From the NCBI RefSeq assembly GCF_000006765.1, contig NC_002516.2: a stretch of DNA of 64,000 nucleotides. The stretch is one strand, 5' to 3'. Both the position numbers and the translations under genes were made by a program. This stretch comes from Pseudomonas aeruginosa PAO1. GTDB taxonomy: Bacteria; Pseudomonadota; Gammaproteobacteria; Pseudomonadales; Pseudomonadaceae. The notes under the pieces were generated by a model. The model saw only the letters and a list, made by a program, of their open reading frames with translations, had not been told where the DNA came from and made no database searches. Every line of letters starts with the position of its first letter. Position 1 is the stretch's first letter. Positions 1 through 8,940 of this stretch are shown piece after piece.

Positions 1-443
1 GGAGTGATGATCGCGAAGGTCATCTGGAAGGTGATGAACACGCTTTCCGGGAACAGCGCGGTGGCGGAAGTCAGGCCGTCGGCGGTGAGACCGCTGAGGA
101 AGGCCTTGTCCAGTCCGCCGACGAAGGAATTGAAGTTGAGGACGCCCTTCTCCATCCCGGCGGTATCGAACGCCAGGCTGTAGCCATAGACCACCCAGAG
201 AATGGTGATCAGGCCGGTGATGGCGAAGCACTGCATCATGATCGACAGCACGTTCTTCGCTCGCACCATGCCGCCGTAGAACAGCGCCAGGCCGGGGATG
301 GTCATGAGCAGGACGAGCGCAGTGGAGATCAGCATCCAGGCGGTGTCGCCGCTGTTCAGGACGGGCTCCTCGGCGGCCAGGGCGACGCCCGGCAAAGCGA
401 GGGACAATAGGGCTCCTAGCCCTGCGATCTTACGCAGAGTCAT
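1..443 (-). CDS. amtB: Ammonium transporter AmtB (5' part; runs off the left edge)
   Basis: Manual translation from ATG at 443: MTLRKIAGLGALLSLALPGVALAAEEPVLNSGDTAWMLISTALVLLMTIPGLALFYGGMVRAKNVLS, an Amt-family signature. Directly downstream of glnK. Confidence 0.96.
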   Translation of the reverse strand, partial: MTLRKIAGLGALLSLALPGVALAAEEPVLNSGDTAWMLISTALVLLMTIPGLALFYGGMVRAKNVLSIMMQCFAITGLITILWVVYGYSLAFDTAGMEKGVLNFNSFVGGLDKAFLSGLTADGLTSATALFPESVFITFQMTFAIIT

Positions 444-482
444 GTTGGTATTCTCCTGGGGCTTTTGGGGGTTCGGTTGGGC

Positions 483-1025
<543 letters not shown>

Positions 1026-1050
1026 TCAGTGCACGCCTCACCCCGGCCAA

Positions 1051-1066
1051 AGCAGAAAGCTTGCCA
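1051..1066 (-). promoter_or_regulatory. sigma54 (-24/-12) promoter of glnK-amtB
   Basis: Minus strand reads TGGCAAGCTTTCTGCT, i.e. GG-N10-GC matching TGGCACGNNNNTTGCW; upstream of an Ntr-regulated operon. Confidence 0.8.
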
Positions 1067-1142
1067 GCTCCGGCAAATCCGCCGGATTTCAAGCTCTTAG
1101 CCGCCAACCCGGGGATAGTGCGGAACGCCGGGCTCCGGGCGG

Positions 1143-1192
1143 CGCACCAAATAGGCGCAGACGCGCTCCGACAGTTGCGCAAAAAGTGTGCA
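1143..1192. promoter_or_regulatory. Two NtrC-like enhancer sites
   Basis: CGCACCAAATAGGCGCA (1143-1159) and TGCGCAAAAAGTGTGCA (1176-1192) resemble TGCACCAWWWTGGTGCA. Centres are 33 bp apart, roughly 80-125 bp upstream of the sigma54 site. Confidence 0.75.
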
Positions 1193-1260
1193 ATGGCCCT
1201 CCCGCGAGCGCCGCCGACATCGTGCTAGACTGCCGCCCACTCGTTACCGGAACCCTCGCC

Positions 1261-1521
1261 ATGCTGCCGCCCAAAGCCGTCTTCGAAGCCCTCAGCCAAC
1301 AAGCCAGCCGCCTGTTCGCCGGCGAATCGCCGTTGCCCAAGGCCGAGCTGGAGTCGCAGTTCCGCGCCCTGATGCAGAGCGCCTTCAGCAAGCTCGACCT
1401 GGTCAGCCGCGAGGAGTTCGACAGCCAGATGCTGGTCCTCGCCCGCACTCGCGCACGGCTGGAAGCCCTGGAGGCCAAGGTGGCGGAACTCGAAAGCAAG
1501 CTGACGCCGCCCGCCGACTGA
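1261..1521 (+). CDS. ubiK: UbiK/YqiC-family ubiquinone biosynthesis accessory factor (86 aa)
   Basis: MLPPKAVFEAL...FSKLDLVSREEFDSQMLVLARTRARLEALEAKVAELE; family motif plus coiled coil; glnK-ubiK-comM synteny. Confidence 0.85.
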   Translation: MLPPKAVFEALSQQASRLFAGESPLPKAELESQFRALMQSAFSKLDLVSREEFDSQMLVLARTRARLEALEAKVAELESKLTPPAD

Positions 1522-1561
1522 TCCTCCCCCCTGCGAGCGGCGTGAGATCAAGGAGCGATCC

Positions 1562-3055
1562 ATGTCCCTGGCGATTGTCCACAGCCGAGCCCAGGTCGGC
1601 GTCGAAGCCCCCTGCGTCAGCGTCGAGGCGCACCTGGCCAACGGCCTGCCTTCGCTGACCCTGGTCGGCCTGCCGGAAACCGCGGTGCGCGAGAGCAAGG
1701 ACCGCGTGCGCAGCGCCCTGCTCAATGCCGGTTTCGACTTCCCCGCGCGGCGCATCACCCTCAACCTCGCCCCCGCCGACCTACCCAAGGACGGCGGTCG
1801 CTTCGACCTGGCCATCGCACTCGGCATCCTCGCCGCCAGCGGCCAGTTGCCCGGCACCGCCCTCGACGGCCTGGAGTGCCTCGGCGAACTGGCCCTGTCC
1901 GGGGCGATCCGGCCAGTGCGAGGCGTATTGCCGGCCGCGCTGGCGGCGCGCGACGCAAGGCGCGTTCTGGTGGTACCGAAGGAAAATGCCGAAGAGGCCA
2001 GCCTGGCCAGCGGGCTGACGGTGTTCGCCGTGGACCACCTGCTGGAGATCGCCGGACACCTCTCCGGCCAGGCCCCGCTGCCGCCCTACCAGGCCCGCGG
2101 CCTGCTCCGCGCGCCCTTCCCTTATCCAGACCTGGCCGAGGTCCAGGGCCAGGCCGCCGCCAAGCGCGCCCTGCTGGTGGCCGCCGCCGGCGCGCACAAC
2201 CTGTTGCTCAGCGGCCCGCCGGGCACCGGCAAGACCCTCCTGGCCAGCCGCCTGCCCGGCCTGCTGCCGGCGCTCGACGAGGACGAAGCCCTGGAGGTCG
2301 CGGCGATCCATTCGGTGGCCAGCCACGTCCCCCTCAGGCACTGGCCGCAGCGACCGTTCCGCCAGCCGCACCACTCCGCCTCCGCGCCGGCCCTGGTCGG
2401 CGGCGGCAGCCGCCCGCAGCCGGGCGAGATCACCCTGGCGCACCAGGGCGTGCTGTTCCTCGACGAACTGCCGGAGTTCGAGCGCAAGGTCCTGGAGGTC
2501 CTGCGCGAGCCGCTGGAAAGCGGCGAGATCGTCATTGCCCGGGCCAACGGCCGGGTACGTTTCCCGGCGCGCTTCCAACTGGTGGCGGCGATGAATCCCT
2601 GTCCCTGTGGCTACCTCGGCGATCCCAGTGGCCGCTGCCGCTGCACCCCGGAACAGGTCCAGCGCTACCGGGGCAAGCTGTCCGGACCGCTGCTCGATCG
2701 CATCGACCTGCACGTCAGCGTGCTCCGCGAAAGCACCAGCCTGCAGCCAGGACACGGCGAAACCGCTACCGCCGAGGTCAGCGAACGGGTGGGCGCCGCA
2801 CGGCAACGGCAACTGGCCCGCCAGGGCTGCGCCAATGCCCATCTCGATCTCCAGGCGATGCACCGCAATTGTGCACTCGCCGAAGCGGACCGCCGCTGGC
2901 TGGAGGCTGCCGGAGAGCGCCTGGAACTTTCCTTGCGCGCCTTGCATCGCATACTCAAGGTGGCCCGGACGCTGGCCGACCTGGAGCGCATCGATGCCAT
3001 CGAACGCCGGCACCTGGCGGAAGCCCTGCAGTATCGGGCAATGACCTCCACGTGA
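1562..3055 (+). CDS. comM: YifB/ComM-family AAA+ ATPase (Mg-chelatase-like), 497 aa
   Basis: N-terminal 'LVGLPETAVRESKDRVRSAL', Walker A GPPGTGKT, 'GVLFLDELPEF', 'AAMNPCPCG'. Confidence 0.92.
   Translation: MSLAIVHSRAQVGVEAPCVSVEAHLANGLPSLTLVGLPETAVRESKDRVRSALLNAGFDFPARRITLNLAPADLPKDGGRFDLAIALGILAASGQLPGTALDGLECLGELALSGAIRPVRGVLPAALAARDARRVLVVPKENAEEASLASGLTVFAVDHLLEIAGHLSGQAPLPPYQARGLLRAPFPYPDLAEVQGQAAAKRALLVAAAGAHNLLLSGPPGTGKTLLASRLPGLLPALDEDEALEVAAIHSVASHVPLRHWPQRPFRQPHHSASAPALVGGGSRPQPGEITLAHQGVLFLDELPEFERKVLEVLREPLESGEIVIARANGRVRFPARFQLVAAMNPCPCGYLGDPSGRCRCTPEQVQRYRGKLSGPLLDRIDLHVSVLRESTSLQPGHGETATAEVSERVGAARQRQLARQGCANAHLDLQAMHRNCALAEADRRWLEAAGERLELSLRALHRILKVARTLADLERIDAIERRHLAEALQYRAMTST
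2924..2951 (+). promoter_or_regulatory. Possible AlgU (sigma22)-type promoter for betT2, inside the comM 3' end
   Basis: GAACTT-N17-TCGCA fits GAACTT-N16/17-TCnnA; local codons are atypical for this genome (CTT, TTG, ATA). Confidence 0.4.
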
Positions 3056-3179
3056 AGCGTAATAATTCAGCAAAGCTATCGATTAAGGCTTTTCGAATCA
3101 AATTAGCTATCACGATGTGTTAGGCTGTTTCGTCTTCCGCCTTCGGCGGGCAATCCGATCACAAGGAGAGCTAGCTTAC

Positions 3180-5165
3180 ATGGAGACACCCACTACCCCC
3201 CGGAGCACCCTGAATCCTCCGGTCTTCTATACCTCCGCCGCCCTGATCCTGGCCCTGGTGCTGTTTACCGTCCTCCTCCAGGAAGAAGCGCAATCGCTGT
3301 TCAACCACGTCCAGCAATGGATCATCACCAACGCTAGCTGGTTCTACGTACTGGCCGTGGCGCTGATCCTGATCAGCGTGGTGTTCCTCGCCGTCAGCCG
3401 CTACGGCGACATCAAGCTCGGCCCCGACCACAGTCGTCCCGACTACCGCAACACCACCTGGTTCGCCATGCTGTTCTCCGCCGGCATGGGCATCGGCCTG
3501 ATGTTCTTCGGCGTTGCCGAACCGGTGATGCACTTCACCACCCCGCCGGTGGGCGAGCCGAACACCGTGCAGGCGGCGAAGGAAGCGATGAAGCTGACCT
3601 TCTTCCACTGGGGCCTGCATGCCTGGGCGATCTACGCCATCGTCGCGCTGATCCTGGCCTTCTTCAGCTATCGCCACGGCCTGCCGCTGACCCTGCGCTC
3701 GGCGCTGTATCCGCTGATCGGCGAACGTATCTACGGCCCCATCGGCCACGCGGTGGATATCTTCGCGATCATCGGCACCGTGTTCGGCGTGGCGACTTCG
3801 CTCGGCTACGGCGTGCTGCAGATCAACAGCGGCCTGCACCACCTGTTCGGCTGGCCGGTGAACCAGACCGTGCAGATCGCCCTGATCGCCGCCACCTGCG
3901 GCCTCGCCACGCTCTCGGTGGCCAGCGGACTGGACCGCGGCATCCGCATCCTGTCCGAACTGAACCTGAGCCTGGCGGTGATCCTGCTGCTCTTCGTGCT
4001 GGTCCTCGGGCCGACCGTGTTTCTCCTGCAGACCTACGTGCAGAACACCGGGGCCTACCTGTCCGACATCGTCAACAAGACCTTCAACCTGTACGCCTAC
4101 GAGCCCACCGATTGGATCGGCGGCTGGACCCTGCTGTACTGGGGCTGGTGGCTGTCCTGGTCGCCCTTCGTCGGCCTGTTCATCGCCCGTATCTCGCGCG
4201 GCCGCACCATCCGCGAGTTCGTCTGCGGCGTGCTGTTCGTCCCGGCCGGCTTCACCCTGCTGTGGATGACGGTGTTCGGCGATACCGCCATCCACATGGT
4301 CCTGCAGGAGGGCTTCACCCAGTTGGCCGAAGTGGTCAACCAGGACAGTTCGGTGGCGCTGTTCGCCTTCCTCGAGCACTTCCCGCTGGGCAGCGTGATC
4401 TCGCTGGTAGCGGTGCTGATGGTGGTGGTGTTCTTCGTCACCTCGGCCGACTCCGGCGCGCTGGTGGTGGACATGCTGGCCTCCAGCGGCAAGGACCACT
4501 CGCCGCTCTGGCAGCGGATATTCTGGTCGGTGCTGATGGGCGTGGTGGCCATCGCCCTGCTCCTCGCCGATGGCCTCAAGGCGCTGCAAACCGCGACCAT
4601 CGCCAGCGCGCTGCCATTCTCCATCGTGCTCCTGGCGTCGATCTGGGGCCTGTTCAAGGCGCTGCACCTGGATGCCACCAAGCGCGGCATCCGCTACCAG
4701 GCGCTGACCTTCTCCCGCCCCACCACGCGCAGCGGCGCAAGCGAGGGCGACGGTTGGCAGCGCCGCCTGCGCAACATCGCCATGTTCCCAAGGCGCAGCC
4801 ACGTCAACCGCTTCATCACCGATGTGGCGCGACCGGCCTGCGAGGACGTCGCCGCCGAACTGCGCAAGCAGGGCTACGAAGTCCAGGTGCAGGACGGCGA
4901 GGACGGCCGGGTTCGGCTGGAAGTCAGCCACGGCGGCGAGGTCGATTTCATCTACGAGGTGCGTCCGCGCGCCTTCACCACGCCGAGCTTCGTGATGCGC
5001 GACACCGAGGACAGCAGCGAGTCGCGCAAGTATTTCCGCGCCGAGGTCCATCTCCAGGAAGGCGGCCAGGACTACGACATCATGGGCTGGAGCCGCGACG
5101 GCGTGATCGGCGACATCCTCGACCAGTACGAGCGGCACATGCACTTCCTGCACGTGGTGCGCTGA
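3180..5165 (+). CDS. betT2: BCCT-family choline/glycine betaine transporter BetT2 (661 aa)
   Basis: 'WFAMLFSAGMGIGLMFFGVAEP', 'WGLHAW', long cytoplasmic C-terminal tail. RBS AAGGAGAG before ATG 3180. Confidence 0.93.
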   Translation: METPTTPRSTLNPPVFYTSAALILALVLFTVLLQEEAQSLFNHVQQWIITNASWFYVLAVALILISVVFLAVSRYGDIKLGPDHSRPDYRNTTWFAMLFSAGMGIGLMFFGVAEPVMHFTTPPVGEPNTVQAAKEAMKLTFFHWGLHAWAIYAIVALILAFFSYRHGLPLTLRSALYPLIGERIYGPIGHAVDIFAIIGTVFGVATSLGYGVLQINSGLHHLFGWPVNQTVQIALIAATCGLATLSVASGLDRGIRILSELNLSLAVILLLFVLVLGPTVFLLQTYVQNTGAYLSDIVNKTFNLYAYEPTDWIGGWTLLYWGWWLSWSPFVGLFIARISRGRTIREFVCGVLFVPAGFTLLWMTVFGDTAIHMVLQEGFTQLAEVVNQDSSVALFAFLEHFPLGSVISLVAVLMVVVFFVTSADSGALVVDMLASSGKDHSPLWQRIFWSVLMGVVAIALLLADGLKALQTATIASALPFSIVLLASIWGLFKALHLDATKRGIRYQALTFSRPTTRSGASEGDGWQRRLRNIAMFPRRSHVNRFITDVARPACEDVAAELRKQGYEVQVQDGEDGRVRLEVSHGGEVDFIYEVRPRAFTTPSFVMRDTEDSSESRKYFRAEVHLQEGGQDYDIMGWSRDGVIGDILDQYERHMHFLHVVR

Positions 5166-5173
5166 GGGATGCG

Positions 5174-5195
5174 GGGGCCGGCCAATGCCGGCCCC
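5174..5195. terminator. Hairpin between convergent betT2 and pchP
   Basis: GGGGCCGGC-CAAT-GCCGGCCCC: 9-bp perfect stem, weak U tract. Confidence 0.6.
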
Positions 5196-5207
5196 TCGCC
5201 GTTTCGC

Positions 5208-6257
5208 CTACTGGATCTGCTCCGGAGTGACGATCACCCAGTTCCTGTCCGCCGTCACCGGCAGGCCGGCCTTGGCCTGTGCGGCGGAATGCTGCTTGAT
5301 CATGCCGTTGATCTGCTCCATGTACTTGGCCTTGCGGTTGACCCACAGGTGCACGCCGTTTTCCGCGGTGCCGTTGAACAGCATGTAACCGTCGCTGTCC
5401 GGGGTATCGCCGGCGACCAGGATCGGCCGCTTCCAACGGTCGATGTAGGTGAGGATCGCAGCCTGCTTGCCGGCCATCCAGGTCGCCGGGGTCCACAGGT
5501 AGGGGGTCACCTCCAGGTCGAGGTTGGCCTTGGGATCGTACTTGCCCTCGGCGATCTGCTTGCGCGCAGTGGTCAGCTCGCCGGTCTTGCGGTTCTTCAG
5601 CAGGGTGGTGACGCCGATGACGTTCTCCGGCTTGGCGTTGTAGCCATACCTGGGGTCCGCCGCGACCATCCGCACCAGTTCCTCATGGGCCGCGCTGATC
5701 ACGTAGACCTCGATGCCGTTTTCCATCAGCTTGTTGTACAGCTCGCGCTGGCCGCTGAACACGCGCGGCGGCTCGACGTCGAGCGTGGCGAGCTTGTCGC
5801 CGTCGTAATAGGTGGCGGGGATCGGCTTGCCGTAGGCCATCAGTTCGTCGACATAGCCCTTCAGTTCCCTGAGGGTGAAGCCTGAGAACACCTGGGCGAC
5901 CCAGGGATAGCAGACCATGTCGTCGATCTCGCAAAGCCGGTAGTAGTAGCTGAACAGGCTCTCCTTGTGCCCGGCCTGGTCCTTGAACGGGATCAGTTTC
6001 AGCGAAGGGTCGAGCCTGTCGCGGGTCAGCACGCCCTTCATTTCCAGATAGGGCAGCAGCGATTCTTCCAGGTCGTAGCGATAGCTGGTGTTGTCCATGT
6101 CGAACACGGCATAGGCGCCCTTGTTCGCGTTGGCCTCGATCAGTGCATTCAGTTGCCTGGCGGCGGGGGCCGGCCAGTGCTCGAGTTCGGTGGCGCTGGC
6201 CTGGCCGACTGCGGCGGCGAGCGCCAGCGCGGCGAGTATTCCTTTGGCGAAGGTCAT
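5208..6257 (-). CDS. pchP: Phosphorylcholine phosphatase PchP (HAD family, secreted, 349 aa)
   Basis: Signal peptide MTFAKGILAALALAAAVGQASA; HAD motifs DMDNT and GDTPDSD. Confidence 0.96.
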   Translation of the reverse strand: MTFAKGILAALALAAAVGQASATELEHWPAPAARQLNALIEANANKGAYAVFDMDNTSYRYDLEESLLPYLEMKGVLTRDRLDPSLKLIPFKDQAGHKESLFSYYYRLCEIDDMVCYPWVAQVFSGFTLRELKGYVDELMAYGKPIPATYYDGDKLATLDVEPPRVFSGQRELYNKLMENGIEVYVISAAHEELVRMVAADPRYGYNAKPENVIGVTTLLKNRKTGELTTARKQIAEGKYDPKANLDLEVTPYLWTPATWMAGKQAAILTYIDRWKRPILVAGDTPDSDGYMLFNGTAENGVHLWVNRKAKYMEQINGMIKQHSAAQAKAGLPVTADRNWVIVTPEQIQ

Positions 6258-6325
6258 GGCGGGTTCCTTTGGGCGGTTGGAAGGAAGCTCCGTCCCCTGC
6301 CGCTCCCGACAGGCAACGACCAACG

Positions 6326-6369
6326 ACCCTAGCGCAAACCCTGCGCCCGGCCCAGCGACGGCAGCGACC
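6326..6369 (-). promoter_or_regulatory. pchP promoter: GbdR(AraC)-like direct repeat plus overlapping GG-N10-GC / TAGGGT elements
   Basis: Minus strand GGTCGC...GGGCGC, 21 bp apart (6369 and 6348). GGGCGCAGGGTTTGCG (6348-6333) fits the sigma54 spacing; TAGGGT at 6331-6326 is -10-like. Confidence 0.5.
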
Positions 6370-6407
6370 TGTAACGTCGCGTCAGCGCCAGGAGTTGTCC
6401 GGCGGCG

Positions 6408-7325
6408 TCACGCCAGCCGCTCGACGACGGGCAGACGCATCGCCGCCACCTCCGCGAGGAGGAAGTCGCGCAATCGCTGGAAGCGTTCCTGTCCCCTGCG
6501 GGCACGAGGCCAGACCAGGTGATAGCTTTCGCCGCTGGCCACCGCCACCGGCCAGGGCAGGCCGATGCGGCCCTGGGCGACATCCTCGGCGACCATCACC
6601 AGGTCGCCGATGGACACGCCATAGCCTCGCGCGGCGGCGACGATGCCCAGTTCCAGCGTGTCGAACACCTGGCCGCCCTTGAGCGACACCTCCTCCCCCA
6701 GCCCGGTCCGTTGCAGCCAGCGTCGCCAGTCGCGACGATCCGGCGTGGGGTGCAGCAACTCGCTGTCACGCAGGCGTTGGAGGGTCCAGGGCTCCACGGC
6801 CTCGTCGGGATCGCAGACCGGCACCAGCCATTCGGCGAACAGCGCTGCCGTTTCCCATTCCGGGCTGAACTGGCCGCTGCCCAGCAACACCGCGCAGTCG
6901 AAAGGCTCGCGCTGGAAGTCCACCGAGTCCACATCCATCCAGGCACTGGTGAGCTGCACCTCGATATCCGGGTTCAGGTGGCGGAAGCGGCTCAGGCGCG
7001 GTAGCAGCCAGCGCAGGGTAAGGGTGGAAGGCGCCTTCAGGCGCAGGGTGGCGTCGTCCACACGCAGGGCGGTGCAGGCCCGTTCCAGCGCATCGAAGCC
7101 GTCGCGCAGCCCGGGCAGCAGCAGGCGTGCCGGCTCGGTCAGCTGCAACTGGCGGCCATGGCGCTCGAACAGACGACAACCGAAGTGCTCCTCCAGGGTA
7201 CGGATGTGCCGGCTCACCGCGCTCTGGGTTATCGCCAGTTCCTCGCCGGCGCGGGTGAAAGAGGCGTGCCGGGCGGCAGCCTCGAAGGCGCGCAGGGCAT
7301 ACAGCGGGGGCAGGCGACGGGTCAT
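6408..7325 (-). CDS. LysR-family regulator, GcvA-like (305 aa)
   Basis: 'RLPPLYALRAFEAAARHASFTRAGEELAITQSAVSRHIRTLE' HTH; divergent from the MATE gene. Confidence 0.93.
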   Translation of the reverse strand: MTRRLPPLYALRAFEAAARHASFTRAGEELAITQSAVSRHIRTLEEHFGCRLFERHGRQLQLTEPARLLLPGLRDGFDALERACTALRVDDATLRLKAPSTLTLRWLLPRLSRFRHLNPDIEVQLTSAWMDVDSVDFQREPFDCAVLLGSGQFSPEWETAALFAEWLVPVCDPDEAVEPWTLQRLRDSELLHPTPDRRDWRRWLQRTGLGEEVSLKGGQVFDTLELGIVAAARGYGVSIGDLVMVAEDVAQGRIGLPWPVAVASGESYHLVWPRARRGQERFQRLRDFLLAEVAAMRLPVVERLA

Positions 7326-7342
7326 TGGGGAATTACCTCTTT

Positions 7343-7359
7343 CATGACTTTTACTCATG
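7343..7359. promoter_or_regulatory. LysR recognition box (T-N11-A palindrome)
   Basis: CATGA-CTTTTAC-TCATG between the divergent LysR and MATE genes. Confidence 0.65.
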
Positions 7360-7473
7360 CCTGGCATCTTGTTTTTCCTTTTGTGGAGCCATGCCAGTCG
7401 CACCGAGAATAGCCGCATTCTCAACGCCGACAGGCCATCGCGGCAACCATCTCCTCCTGAGCCTTACTCATCC

Positions 7474-8940
7474 ATGTCCTCGCCATCCCTCGTCGAACTC
7501 AAAGCCATCCTGCGCCTGGCGGGCCCGTTGATCGCCGCCCAGCTGGCCTATGTCGCCATGGTCTTCACCGACACCGTGATGATGGGCAAGCTCGGCCCCG
7601 ACGCGCTGGCCGCCGGCGGCCTGGGCGCGGTCAGCTACGCCTTCGTCTCGACGTTCTGTGTCGGCGTGGTGGCAGCGGTCGGCAACCTGGTGGCGATCCG
7701 TCACGGCTGCGACGACGCCGCTGGCGCCGCCGCGGCCGCTCGCTCCGGACTCTGGGTCGGCGCCGCGCTGGCCCTGGCCGCCGGCCTGCTGCTATGGAAC
7801 CTGCGGCCGCTGCTCCTGGTCTTCGGCCAGGCGCCGCAGACGGTGGACGGCGCCATGCAGTTCCTCCACAGCCTGACATTCGCCCTGCCCGGCTACATGG
7901 CCTTCATGGTCCTGCGCGGCTTCACCAGCGCCATCGACCGCGCCGGCCCGGTGATGGCGATCAGCGTGCTCGGCGCGCTGGCCAACCTGGCTCTCAACTA
8001 TTCCTTCATAGAAGGCCTGTTCGGCCTGCCGCGCCTGGGCCTGGCCGGTATCGGCCTGGTCACCGCCCTCGTCATGAACTGCATGCCGCTGCTGCTGGCC
8101 CTGTATATCCGCCTGCAGCCGGCCTATGCCGAGTACTCGCTGCTGCGCGGACTGGGACGGCCGCAGCGGGCGATGGTCGAGGAGATACTGCGCCTGGGGC
8201 TGCCCATCGGTGGCACCTACGCGGTGGAGTCGGGGATGTTCACGGTCGCCACCCTGTGCATGGGCATCATCGGCGATCACGCCCTGGCCGCGCACCAGAT
8301 CGCCATCCAGGCGGTATACGTGGCGTTCATGGTGCCGGTGGGGTTGTCGTACGCCACCACCTACCGCATCGGCCAGCATTTCGGCGCCGGCCGCCTGCTC
8401 GAAGCACGCCGCGCCGGGCGTGTCGGCATCGGCTTCGGCGCGCTGTGCATGCTGCTCTTCGCCGGGCTCTTCTGGTGGATGCCGGAGGCCATCATCGGCC
8501 TGTTCCTCGACCGCGACGCCCCGGCCAACCGGGAGGTGGCCGCGATGGCCGTCTCGCTGCTGGCGATCGCCGCCTGGTTCGAGCTGTTCGACGGCACCCA
8601 GAACGTCGCCATGGGCGCGATCCGCGGTCTCAAGGACGCCCGCACCACCTTCCTGGTCGGCCTGGCCTGCTACTGGCTGGTCGGCGTGCCGCTGGCCTGC
8701 CTGCTGGCGTTCGCGGCCGGCTGGGGCGCCGCGGGCGTCTGGTGGGGGCTGGCCGGCGGCCTGGCCTGCGCGGCCATTGGCCTGACCCTGGCCTTCGAGT
8801 GGAAGACCGCGCGGTTGCTGCCGAAAGCCACGGCCAGCGAGGCGTCGGCGCTCAATTGCCGAGCGGCTGGCCGCGGTGCGCCGAGCGCTCGCCTATGCCC
8901 AGGAAACGCGCCAGTTCCGCCAACGGCAGCGGCGGACTGA
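7474..8940 (+). CDS. MATE (NorM-like) multidrug efflux transporter
   Basis: 'ELKAILRLAGPLIAAQLA', 'ALAAHQIAIQ', about 12 hydrophobic segments. Start codon choice is uncertain. Confidence 0.9.
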   Translation: MSSPSLVELKAILRLAGPLIAAQLAYVAMVFTDTVMMGKLGPDALAAGGLGAVSYAFVSTFCVGVVAAVGNLVAIRHGCDDAAGAAAAARSGLWVGAALALAAGLLLWNLRPLLLVFGQAPQTVDGAMQFLHSLTFALPGYMAFMVLRGFTSAIDRAGPVMAISVLGALANLALNYSFIEGLFGLPRLGLAGIGLVTALVMNCMPLLLALYIRLQPAYAEYSLLRGLGRPQRAMVEEILRLGLPIGGTYAVESGMFTVATLCMGIIGDHALAAHQIAIQAVYVAFMVPVGLSYATTYRIGQHFGAGRLLEARRAGRVGIGFGALCMLLFAGLFWWMPEAIIGLFLDRDAPANREVAAMAVSLLAIAAWFELFDGTQNVAMGAIRGLKDARTTFLVGLACYWLVGVPLACLLAFAAGWGAAGVWWGLAGGLACAAIGLTLAFEWKTARLLPKATASEASALNCRAAGRGAPSARLCPGNAPVPPTAAAD

